Part shown: positions 49,782 through 59,505 of the stretch, one piece after another
Position numbering within the stretch: position 1 is the first letter of the stretch
How the letters are laid out: each line of letters opens with the position of its first letter
Source: Clostridia bacterium
GTDB taxonomy: Bacteria > Bacillota > Clostridia > UBA1212 > DUPL01
Length of the DNA stretch: 64,000 nt
NCBI GenBank assembly: GCA_050951325.1
Contig: JBMNIW010000008.1
Span: forward strand, 128,001-192,000
Reading direction: 5' to 3'
Made by a program: the position numbers and the translations under genes
Notes under the pieces: generated by a model
Databases searched by the model: none
The model's input: only the letters and a program-made list of their open reading frames with translations
Told to the model about the DNA's origin: nothing

Positions 49782-51158
49782 CTAAATCATATCTTCAGGT
49801 TTGAACACCTTGTCAAACTCCTCTTCTGTAAGGAAACCCAGCTTCAAGCATGCTTCTTTTAGTGAAATATTCTCCTCATAGGCAAGTCTGGCAGTCCTGG
49901 CTGCATTCTCATATCCTATATAAGGATTAAGTGCAGTAACCAGCATTAAAGAATTATGCAGATTTGATCTCATCTTGTCCTTGTTTGCCTTTATGCCGGA
50001 GGCACAATTATCATTGAAAGAAACAATTGCATCTGACAAAAGCCTTACCGACTGTAAAAAGTTATATATACATACCGGCATGTAAACATTAAGCTGGAAG
50101 TTCCCCTGGGATGCGGCAATGGTTATTGTGGTGTCGTTGCCCATAACTTGTGCTGCCACCATGGTTAGTGCTTCACACTGGGTGGGATTTACTTTTCCAG
50201 GCATGATAGATGAACCTGGTTCATTCTCCGGAATTGAAATCTCGCCAAGACCGCATCTTGGACCACTGGCAAGGAACCGTACATCGTTTGCAATTTTCAT
50301 CAAATCACAAGCAAGAGCTTTAATGGCGCCATGGGCATTGACAATTTCATTTTTGGAAGTTAGGGAATGAAACTTGTTTTGGCTTGTTCTAAACTTTTTT
50401 CCCGTAATCTCTGAAATTTGCTTTGCCACCTCCACATCAAATCCTTTGGGAGCATTCAAACCTGTTCCTACCGCAGTGCCACCCAAAGCGATATCACAAA
50501 GCCCGGTCAAAGAGTTTTCCATCATCTCTTTTGCCTTCTCAAGACTATATCTCCACCCGCTTATTTCCTGGGAAAAGGCAATGGGCGTTGCGTCCTGCAG
50601 ATGAGTCCTTCCCGTCTTGACTATGCCTTCATTCTCTTTTTCAAGTCTTTTGAACGTTCCAATCAGTTTGTTCAGTGCCGGCAAAAGCCTGTCTTCGATC
50701 CCCAGGACAGCAGCAATATGCATAGCCGTTGGAAATGTATCGTTGGATGACTGACTCATGTTGACATCATCATTTGGATGAAGAAGCTTCTTTCCACATA
50801 ACTCGTTTCCCCTGTTTGCAATTACTTCATTTACATTCATATTTGTCTGGGTGCCGCTTCCTGTCTGCCATACCACCAGCGGAAAGTGTTCATCCAGCTT
50901 TCCTTCCATAATCTCATCGCAAACATTGCAGATAACTTCCATCTTCTCTTGGGTCATCCTCGTTGGGTTTTGCTCATGGTTTGCCACCGCACAAGCCTTC
51001 TTGATTATGGCAAAAGCATATATTATTTCTTTTGGCATAAGTTCAAGACCAACACCAATTCTAAAATTCACAAGACTTCTCTGGGTCTGGGCTCCCCAGT
51101 ATTTATCCGCTGGAACCCTTACCTCTCCCATCGAATCATGTTCCACTCGATACTCCAT
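49782..51158 (-). CDS. fumC: Class II fumarate hydratase
   Basis: WQTGSGTQTNMN, SSNDTFPT, GRTHLQDATP, GSSIMPGKVNP. Confidence 0.97.
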   Translation of the reverse strand: MEYRVEHDSMGEVRVPADKYWGAQTQRSLVNFRIGVGLELMPKEIIYAFAIIKKACAVANHEQNPTRMTQEKMEVICNVCDEIMEGKLDEHFPLVVWQTGSGTQTNMNVNEVIANRGNELCGKKLLHPNDDVNMSQSSNDTFPTAMHIAAVLGIEDRLLPALNKLIGTFKRLEKENEGIVKTGRTHLQDATPIAFSQEISGWRYSLEKAKEMMENSLTGLCDIALGGTAVGTGLNAPKGFDVEVAKQISEITGKKFRTSQNKFHSLTSKNEIVNAHGAIKALACDLMKIANDVRFLASGPRCGLGEISIPENEPGSSIMPGKVNPTQCEALTMVAAQVMGNDTTITIAASQGNFQLNVYMPVCIYNFLQSVRLLSDAIVSFNDNCASGIKANKDKMRSNLHNSLMLVTALNPYIGYENAARTARLAYEENISLKEACLKLGFLTEEEFDKVFKPEDMI

Positions 51159-51213
51159 CCTTCCCTACTTCCTTTCTGTTTTCTTCCTACCATATAGTTA
51201 TATCAAAACTCAA

Positions 51214-52350
51214 TCATTTCCGCAATCCAAGACACTTGTTAAGCCTTATCGTCTCAACAAGAGCACAGTACTTGTCCGCAATACAGATAATCAGTGCTTC
51301 CTTGTTCTTCGGTATCCTAGTTATATTTAGAGGCCACATGTGGCTCCTTATGGCGTGGCGTTCCTTTTCGGATATGTTAAAATACTTCACAGCGTTGTTG
51401 CATGCTATCTCCGCATGATGAAAGCCATGCAGTTTTCGTTCACTGTCTTCCTCATGCCAGTCGTACAGAAACAGATCATGAAGAATCGCAGCCTCGACAA
51501 GCGCCTTTTCATCCGCATTCAAGTTCAACTTTTGGTTTATAAGATAACTGATCCATGCCACGTTTTCGCAATGCTCAAGAGTTGTCGTGTTTCCATGCTG
51601 TATGTATTTGTCCATCTGCAGCACTATTTCATGCTCAAAGTATTCCCTCACAAGCTCCTCAAACCGCTGTTCCCTCAGCTGTCTTGCTATACGGTTCCTG
51701 TGACCAGGAAACTTGAAAATCCTTATACGCTGGACTGATTTGTTGTATAGATTTTCCTTGTACCCGAACAACTTGTCCACAATGTTTGTCATGCGGTTCT
51801 GAAAACCTTCCTCAATGGCAGTAACCTGCTTCTGAAAGTTTGTAAGAGATGAAACTGTAAGTGCCGTATCTATGGATAAAAGGGCAACAAACAAAAGAGA
51901 AAAAGCATCCAGCATTGGTTTTGGTGCTTTTTCAAGAAATAAATACAGCGCAGGAATCAAACCCTTCATCAGCACAATGGCTCCGACACCAAACGCAACA
52001 GAAGTAGGCATACTGCTTCTTCCCTTCAGATTCAATGGAAGAGTACTGTAGTCCCACCATCTAGCATTGAACAGCTTTTCAAGAAGCCAGGAGGTGAAGT
52101 ATTCCAATATCATGCTTGTTGCAAAACCAAGAAGAAAAACAACCCACCAGCTGGTTTCAGGCAGATAGCCTTTCTCAGTAAGATCATGCATAAGAAAACA
52201 TGCCAGTGAACCAAATCCATAAATCGGACAAACAGGTCCATATAAGAACCCTCTGTTGGCCCACTTTTTGTCCCTCAAGGTACAGTATATGCTTTCCCAT
52301 ACCCATCCAAGAAAACTGAAAAGAAAAAAAGCGACAACATACCTGTTCAT
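51214..52350 (-). CDS. DUF1113/CmpB-like membrane domain fused to an HD domain
   Basis: SFLGW..E, NRGFLYGPVCPIYGFG, WWDYS..PLN..GR; C-terminal QHG.TT..EH, LHDLFLYDWH, SHMWP, ADK. Confidence 0.85.
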   Translation of the reverse strand: MNRYVVAFFLFSFLGWVWESIYCTLRDKKWANRGFLYGPVCPIYGFGSLACFLMHDLTEKGYLPETSWWVVFLLGFATSMILEYFTSWLLEKLFNARWWDYSTLPLNLKGRSSMPTSVAFGVGAIVLMKGLIPALYLFLEKAPKPMLDAFSLLFVALLSIDTALTVSSLTNFQKQVTAIEEGFQNRMTNIVDKLFGYKENLYNKSVQRIRIFKFPGHRNRIARQLREQRFEELVREYFEHEIVLQMDKYIQHGNTTTLEHCENVAWISYLINQKLNLNADEKALVEAAILHDLFLYDWHEEDSERKLHGFHHAEIACNNAVKYFNISEKERHAIRSHMWPLNITRIPKNKEALIICIADKYCALVETIRLNKCLGLRK

Positions 52351-52451
52351 CGCACCAACTTCCTTTCGTTTTCACATTTGCGGTTAAAAATATATTTCAG
52401 CAAGAAATGTTTGACAAGTCGTCATAAAGTCAAAAGAACCCAACAAGGGTT

Positions 52452-53138
52452 CTATTTGCCTGTCACAAGCTGCGCAAGTTCCAAAGGTTCAACATATTTT
52501 CCATCCTTGTACGCGCGCATGTTGCCTCCTGATATTTCATCTATCAAAGCAATATGTCTGTCCTCTCCAACTCTTCCAAATTCCAGCTTTATATCGTAAA
52601 GCTCAATACCCCTTTCTGCTAGGTCCTGTTTAATAATGTCGGATATTCTTTTTGTAAGACCTTTTAAAGTATCGTATTCCTCCTGAGTCATGATACCCAG
52701 CATTACAAGGGCATCCTTTCCAATTGGAGGGTCGTTTCTTAAATCATCCTTCAAGGTAAACTCAACAAAACCGTCAAGCACTTGTCCTTCTTTGGCATAC
52801 TTGCCATATCGTCTTATGAAGCTGCCTACCGCACGATAACGGCATATGACTTCAAGACCATCTCCAAAAGGTGTTGCCTTTTTTACCTTCATTGATACGT
52901 CATCCAAGTCAGCTGATATATAGTGAGTGGGTACTCCCATCTCATTCAGCTTCTCGAAATAGTATTTAGTCATCCTAAGTCCGGCAAGACCTGCTCCTTC
53001 AATTGTCAAGCCTACTGCATTTGCTCCCGGATCAAACACACCATCTTCACCAGTTGCATCGTCCTTGAATTTCAAAAGTATGTTTCCATCTTCAAGTTCG
53101 TATACGTCTTTTGTCTTTCCCTTGTACACCAGCTTCAT
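52452..53138 (-). CDS. purC: SAICAR synthetase
   Basis: YKGKTKDVY, EVICR..AVGSF, EFTLKDD..NDP, DIKLEFG, IDEIS..NMR. Confidence 0.93.
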   Translation of the reverse strand: MKLVYKGKTKDVYELEDGNILLKFKDDATGEDGVFDPGANAVGLTIEGAGLAGLRMTKYYFEKLNEMGVPTHYISADLDDVSMKVKKATPFGDGLEVICRYRAVGSFIRRYGKYAKEGQVLDGFVEFTLKDDLRNDPPIGKDALVMLGIMTQEEYDTLKGLTKRISDIIKQDLAERGIELYDIKLEFGRVGEDRHIALIDEISGGNMRAYKDGKYVEPLELAQLVTGK

Positions 53139-53200
53139 AACACAAATCCTTTCTGTTAATTTGTATACCCTAGTATATTATCACTAAAAAGGAAAAAAAT

Positions 53201-53237
53201 AAATACATGCCCAACCAATTTTGTCAGGCATGTATTT
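53201..53237 (-). terminator. Intrinsic terminator
   Basis: AAATACATGCC...GGCATGTATTT downstream of the reconstructed stop at 53248. Confidence 0.7.
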
Positions 53238-53247
53238 ATCAATTTTC

Positions 53248-54945
53248 CTATAACCTTATACCATTACTCTTCTTTTTCTTGAAAAAACACCAACTGACAA
53301 GGACAAAACCACCATAATGGGAAGTCAGTAAAAATACATCACTTGTTTGAGGATTCTCATCAGCCAGCTTCAGTTCCAAATACTGATATCTCACTTCAGC
53401 ATGTAGTATTGATTGCCCGGAGACGCAACTGTTCCGTATGCCACAATGCGTACGAATCTTGCCTTGACACCACCAAGCTCCTCATTTCTTATGTAATACT
53501 CCCCTGTCTTTTCATATGCACTGGTGTGACTCTTTGCTTCTGTGTAATTCTCGCCATCCACACTAACAAGAATCTTGTAGAAATGGGCTCTTGTTGTACC
53601 AAAATTGAGCCTTATACCACCAAGCTCGTACACACCACCAAGGTCAAAGGTGAAATATGCATTATCACCAAGATGATTGCCTGTTCCTCCAACATGACCA
53701 ATAACCTTTACCAGTGTAGCGTCGTTTCCGTCGTACGCATTCTCTATTTTCGTTCCTTCAACAGGACTGTTGTCTGAGAATCCGTGCATTTCCCCGGAAA
53801 CAATGGTTATCATGTCGTCTGGTTCCGATGTTGGTTCTATTGTAGGTTCGGTCGTAGGTTCTGTTGTGGTTCCGCCGTCGGCTCAGGTGTAGGTTCCGTG
53901 TGGTTGGCTCTGTGGTTGGTTCTGTGGCAGGTTCCACATATTCAGTACCGTAAGCAGCAAACTCATAAACCTGATAGTTGTCAGACAAGGTAGTTCCATT
54001 GTCGAAGGCCGCAGTGGCTGAAAACTTTATGTATCTTGCAACTCCCTCAACAGGTATGTTGAAATATCCATCGTGTCCATAACTGGTCTTGTTAAAGAAG
54101 CTATAAACCTTTTCAAAGTTCTCATTGTCCTGGCTTATGTAAATATCAAAACAAAGAATTCTCTTGTTCCCAAGGGAAGGATGAGCTGTTATCAAAGCTA
54201 CCTTTTCCAGCTCGTACAAATCACCAAGGTCAATTAGAAAATGTGGATCATTCTTGTATTGACCATCTCCCTTGTGAGGAGCATAGTTTGCACTAGTTGT
54301 TGGATTTCCATCGGTAAGATGCTCAAGAACTTGTCCAAAGTTAGGACCGCTGGCAAAGTTCTTCGCAACCACATCTGCCACTTCAATCCTGTTGGCTGTC
54401 ACCACATCCGCCACTTTCCCGTATGCTGCAACTTCTGCAAGATGATAGTTTTCGTTCAAATCTCTACTTTCATTAACATAAGCTCCTAGAGCCATCAGCT
54501 TTATGTATCTTGCCTGAATGTTCTTAACAATATTGAATTCACTGCCATTTGCACCGTACTCCTTGTCTGTAAATTCAAATATCTTCTCATATGAAATACC
54601 ATCAACGCTTGTATATAGCTCAAAGTTGTGAGTTCTGACAGGATTTGCAAATATTACAGTAATTTTGCTTACATCGCAGACTTGTCCCAAATCAAAAAGA
54701 AAATACGTACCTTCCCTATACCTGTCTCCAACCTTGTGAGCTGCATAGTTTGCAAAGGTTGCAGGATCTCCGTCGTATGCATTTGTCAGTTTCGTTCCAA
54801 AGTTTGGACCACCTGCAAAATAATTTGCAGATACTGAAGAAAACGCAAGTTTTGCATCGCTTTCCGCACTGGATGGCTGATATTGTATAAGGCTGGCCAA
54901 AAGACACAACCCTATAACAAATGCCATTATGCCTTTAAACTTCAT
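53248..54945 (-). CDS. Cell-wall-anchored protein with three F5/8 type C (discoidin/CBM32-like) domains; several frameshifts
   Basis: Signal peptide; three repeats of NAYDG...FDLG...S.DG..Y...ARYIK; TEPT linker. Frame-corrected end reads NPQTSD-VFLLLPIMVVLSLSVGVFF-KKKK...RL*. Confidence 0.8.
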
Positions 54946-55175
54946 AAAAACCCCTCTTTCATAAATGGAATCTGTTTATTAATATTCTAATAACAGAAAT
55001 GTTCCAATCATATAACTTTATTGATTTCATCGGATAGGAATAATGTTATATTGATTAAAAATCGCCAATTCAATCAAAATTATTTCAAATACTTGAAAAC
55101 AAATCAACATACTAATATTATCTTCACAGTACTCAATATAATATATATTTACAAACGATTTTGGGAGGTAAAATC

Positions 55176-56069
55176 ATGAAGAGATTTTTAATACTGTCAA
55201 TAGTGCTGATCTCACTGGTCTTCTTCGGATGCCAGAAGGACATTGAAAAAGACCCTTCACCCACTCCATCTCCAACTGAGACGGAAAAGGTAGATAAAAC
55301 AGATGCACCAACACCTGAACCAACAGAAGAAAAAACACCTGAACCAACAAAAGAACCATTACCAGGAGAACAACTGGGTATACCTCAGGATGATGCAGAA
55401 ATCATATATCTGGATGATTTTGTTGACAATTACATAAACCCCGAAGCTCTTTTCAGATACAACAACGGGCACGAGGTTGTTGAAGAACAACTTTACCTGA
55501 GCACATACAAAGGAGTACCCGTAGAGTTGGTAGACACATATTCACCCGACTATTACTGCGAAGCAAAAGTAGACGGGATTTCACAAGTCCAGTTCCATCT
55601 TAGGTTTAAGACCTCTCACGAAAGAGCGGAAAAAGACCCTTGGATGGCAGCAATAATAGGTGTAAGAGTGTATGAACCCATGGGAAACAGTTTCAAACCT
55701 GCCGACGAAGATTCAGGCATATACGTGGCTGTTACCCAGATCAACAAAATTCTTGTTTACCACGGCATACCTGGCCACTGGCCAAGAGGTGCCTTCAGCA
55801 TGGAAATACCAAACGGTTTTGGCGAGATGTGCGAGCTTGTTATCGTGGATACAGGAGACAAGCTGTTCTACTACCAGAAGCTGGAGGGCTCTGAACCGAC
55901 ATTGTTCATGATCATTGAACTTTCCGATCAAATCAAATGCTTCGATGCAGATGGCAATGAAGTATACTCTGCCGACAACAACCTCAAGGAAGACAAGGGA
56001 GGATACTTCAAGATTTTCAATCACTTCGGAAGAACAGTAATTGACGAATTCTCAATAAAGGTGCGTTGA
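55176..56069 (+). CDS. Lipoprotein with Pro/Thr linker and uncharacterised beta-rich domain
   Basis: GGGAGG RBS, lipobox FFGC, PTPEPT linker, ~220-aa domain homologous to the N-terminus of the AraC regulator. Confidence 0.88.
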   Translation: MKRFLILSIVLISLVFFGCQKDIEKDPSPTPSPTETEKVDKTDAPTPEPTEEKTPEPTKEPLPGEQLGIPQDDAEIIYLDDFVDNYINPEALFRYNNGHEVVEEQLYLSTYKGVPVELVDTYSPDYYCEAKVDGISQVQFHLRFKTSHERAEKDPWMAAIIGVRVYEPMGNSFKPADEDSGIYVAVTQINKILVYHGIPGHWPRGAFSMEIPNGFGEMCELVIVDTGDKLFYYQKLEGSEPTLFMIIELSDQIKCFDADGNEVYSADNNLKEDKGGYFKIFNHFGRTVIDEFSIKVR

Positions 56070-56074
56070 TTGAT

Positions 56075-57949
56075 ATGACAAAAAATACACTAATTAAAAT
56101 TGTCTGCTTTTTTATAGCCATAACACTACTGATAACCGCCTGCAGCAAAAACAACAATGGCAATAACAGCGACAATAATAAAACAGAATCAAAGGAGGCG
56201 CTTGAACTGTCAGTATACGCTGGAGTTGACGATTTAGGAAGGGTGCTACCTCTTGCTGGGGATAATGGTGTCCCTGCTTATGACAGCAACAAATATGTAG
56301 GAATCTTCTATTTTGTTTGGCATGGAGCAAGACAGGTTCCAGGACCCTATGATGTAAGCAAAATTATTGAAAAGGACAAGGATGCGGCCAGATCCGACGA
56401 AGCATGGCAAGCAGCTGGTGGCGGTCCTGTTGGAACAAACCACTGGTGGGGAGAACCGTTGTTTGGCTACTTTAGGAACACAGACAGGTGGGTAATGTCA
56501 AAGGACGTTCAGATGCTTACCGATGCGGGCGTTGATTTTATAATCTTTGACTATTCCAACGGAAACTCATATACCCAAGCAGTACTTACAATGCTTGAAA
56601 TATTGGACACCTTCCACAAGCAAGGGTTTAATGTTCCAAAAGTATCTTTCGTTACAAAAGCCGAGTCCGTTCGTCACATGAAGGAAATCTACAACGACAT
56701 ATACAAGTCCCATCCGGAGTATGAGCACCTTTGGTTCAAACTGGACGGCAAGCCTTTAATGATAGGCAGCAACAAGTCACCCGATCTGGACCAGGAAGTA
56801 AAGGACTTTTTTACCATAAAGTACGCCCAGTGGCCAAGAGAGTCATACAGTGATGATGGTTTCCCATGGATGGATTTCCAAAGACCACAGACCCTGTATG
56901 GAAAGGAATCGGGAACAACCATAATGAGCGTATCTGTGGCACAGCACTCGGGAACTCTTGCCCTAAGTTCCAGCGCTTTCTATGGCGATGATACCAACAA
57001 GACAAGAAGCTACCACAACGGCGCTAATGACAAATCCGAAGATGCATACTTGTACGGTTACAACTTTGCAGAACAGTTTGAATATGCAATAAGTCAGAAT
57101 CCCGATATAATATTTGTCACTGGCTGGAATGAATGGATAGCAACAAGGCAGAATCCAGGTAGTTGGAAATATATCGACGGCACACCAAACTACGAGCCAG
57201 TTATTCTTGTAGATGCAGCTGACATCAACAACTCAAGAGATATCCAGCCAATGCAGGGAGGTTTTGGCGACAACTATTACATGCAGCTCATAAGCTACAT
57301 AAGAAAGTTTAAAGGGCTTGCGCCATACAATACAAATTTGCCTGAAAAGAGCACAACCTACGGAACAATAGATTTTTCAAATGGTTTTGCAGACTGGGAT
57401 AAATTAGGCCAAACATATATTGACTACACCCAGGATACAGAACACAGGGATGCAAGAGGCTACGGCAGAATTGTGTACAAGAACGATACAGGCAGAAACG
57501 ACATATTTGTAAGCAAGGTGGCCTGCGATAACAAAAACATATACTTCTACGTGGAAACATTAGACCCACTGACTCCAAAGGAAGACAAACACTGGATGAA
57601 CCTCTTTATCTCCACGGGCAACGAAGGCAATAAGACCTGGCATGGTTATGATTTTGTCGTAAACAGGGTTTCTCCATCTGATAACAAGGCGGTATTGGAA
57701 AAATGTTTTGGCGGATGGAATTTTGAAAAGGTACAAGATATTGATTTCATGTACAATAACAACAAACTTCAAATTGCCATTCCCCTTGAAACTCTAGGAT
57801 ACGAATCTCACGAGAATCTGCGAATCGAGTTTAAGTGGGCTGACAATTACGTATTGAACGAAAACAATGAAGCGGACATCTTCACCTTCTACACTGATGG
57901 GGATGCCGCACCATACGGAAGACTTAACTATATATTTAAAAATAACTAA
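56075..57949 (+). CDS. Putative glycoside hydrolase lipoprotein, GH99/GH71-like
   Basis: Lipobox ITAC; DDLGRVLP, KYVGIFYFVWH, WWGEPLFGY, VTGWNEW, GDAAPYGRLNY; paralogue of 39607-41271. Confidence 0.75.
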   Translation: MTKNTLIKIVCFFIAITLLITACSKNNNGNNSDNNKTESKEALELSVYAGVDDLGRVLPLAGDNGVPAYDSNKYVGIFYFVWHGARQVPGPYDVSKIIEKDKDAARSDEAWQAAGGGPVGTNHWWGEPLFGYFRNTDRWVMSKDVQMLTDAGVDFIIFDYSNGNSYTQAVLTMLEILDTFHKQGFNVPKVSFVTKAESVRHMKEIYNDIYKSHPEYEHLWFKLDGKPLMIGSNKSPDLDQEVKDFFTIKYAQWPRESYSDDGFPWMDFQRPQTLYGKESGTTIMSVSVAQHSGTLALSSSAFYGDDTNKTRSYHNGANDKSEDAYLYGYNFAEQFEYAISQNPDIIFVTGWNEWIATRQNPGSWKYIDGTPNYEPVILVDAADINNSRDIQPMQGGFGDNYYMQLISYIRKFKGLAPYNTNLPEKSTTYGTIDFSNGFADWDKLGQTYIDYTQDTEHRDARGYGRIVYKNDTGRNDIFVSKVACDNKNIYFYVETLDPLTPKEDKHWMNLFISTGNEGNKTWHGYDFVVNRVSPSDNKAVLEKCFGGWNFEKVQDIDFMYNNNKLQIAIPLETLGYESHENLRIEFKWADNYVLNENNEADIFTFYTDGDAAPYGRLNYIFKNN

Positions 57950-57970
57950 GGGGCTTGTTCTGCCCCTTAC
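57947..57970. terminator. Bidirectional terminator overlapping two stop codons
   Basis: TAAGGGGC-ttgttct-GCCCCTTA. Confidence 0.7.
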
Positions 57971-59458
57971 TTCTTCTTTCTGACACTTTTTCTGTAACCC
58001 GTAGGCGTCTGCCCGGTTATGCTCTTAAACACTTTTGCAAAATAGGAACTGTAGTTAAAGCCGCATTTCAAAAATATATCTGTGATGGATTCATCAGTTT
58101 CGGCAAGCAGCCTGCATGCGTGCGCAATTCTCACTTCATTAAGATACTCAACAATAGTCTTATTCATAGCCCTTTTAAACATTCTGCACAAATGAGACGT
58201 GCTCACATAAAAGTGCTTGGCGATTGTGTCAAGGCTGTCTATGCTGTCAAAATTGCTGTCAATATACTCAACTACATGCGATACTTCGTTATGATGTATA
58301 ATGGAATTCTGTACCGAAACTCCAGTGTCGTTTATGAGGCACAGTATTTCACCAATTCTTAAGAATAAAACGCTTTTCGAACAACTTCTCAGATCAGCAA
58401 ACAAATTCTGCAGCCTGACATGTTCATGCTCTGGAATGAATACAAGATTTGACTGAAACGCCGCAAGAAGATACTTTGCAGCTTCGTCACTAAAATATCT
58501 GCTTACATAATCCCGCTCAAACTCAACAAGATGCCGTATGTTATAAAGGCTTAGATCTGCATGGATATCATATGGAGATATGAGAAGAATTTGCCCTTTG
58601 CTTACTGTCAAAACCGTGCGGTTTATATAGAATCTAACGTCCCCCGACGTCTGAAACTGAACTATTTTGTAATTGGCACTTGTATCAAAATACCTGAAGG
58701 TGTCTTCAAATACAACCCTTTCAGTTCCCATTTCAATATCGTGCTCAATAATCTTAATGCTGTATAATACTGTACGGGCGAAATGATTAAATATCTTGAA
58801 CCATCCGCCCTTTTTGTCTTTCAAGTTGTTGTCTGCCTCATATATAACATTTTCCTTGTCGTCCAATACCCGCAGTGTTTCGGTAGATATATCGACAACA
58901 AACAAATTCTTCCTAACATCATCATCTAGTGATGAAAACACAAAAGAGCTGCCATTATCCAATACTGATAACTTTCGTTTACTCTTTAACCCTTCCCGTA
59001 ATGACACTTTGCAGGAACCAACAGGCCAGTCTTTCTTAATTCCATGGAAAATATGGGCAAGGGGCTTTTCTCTAAACGATGCAAAAAAAATCATCCGTTA
59101 AATTGTTTGGATTTGCCTCTCCAGGAACGATTGATGAATTTCTCACACCTATAAAAAGAGCCATCCAAGCCCTTTCATCTTCATGAAAATCTGCCGAAAA
59201 CTCAAGAATCATTTCATAATGTTTCTTGTTGTACACCGGCTCATAATACAGAGGTGGATTGTATGCAGCAACACGATGGATGTATGCGCCCTTATACTGA
59301 CTGAGATGCATCCTTCCATCAATAATTTCATGAAACTGATTCATCCAGTTGGGGCTTTCCTGCATATAGTTGACATCATCAATACATACATTTTTTATTT
59401 GCTTTACATCGTAAAAATACCGTATACCCTGCATATCCTTTACATAGTTTCTCCTCAC
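57967..59458 (-). CDS. AraC family regulator with extra N-terminal domain; split by a T8 tract at 59083-59090
   Basis: C-terminal double HTH (SLDTIAKHFYVSTSHLCRMFK...CGFNYSSYFAKVFK..TGQTPTGYR) and cupin-like middle. ORFs 59072-59458 and 57967-59094 join in frame if T8 is T7. Confidence 0.85.
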
Positions 59459-59505
59459 TAGATTTATAAAATTATACTACAGACTAGTTTTTCTAGCAAG
59501 TTTGC

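Noticed and set aside
53820-53935. Short tandem repeats (GGTTC-rich) as possible CRISPR or VNTR
   Set aside because: They encode TEPT linker peptide with degenerate codons; the same holds for 20340-20420, 23375-23460 and 55255-55360. No spacers or cas genes.
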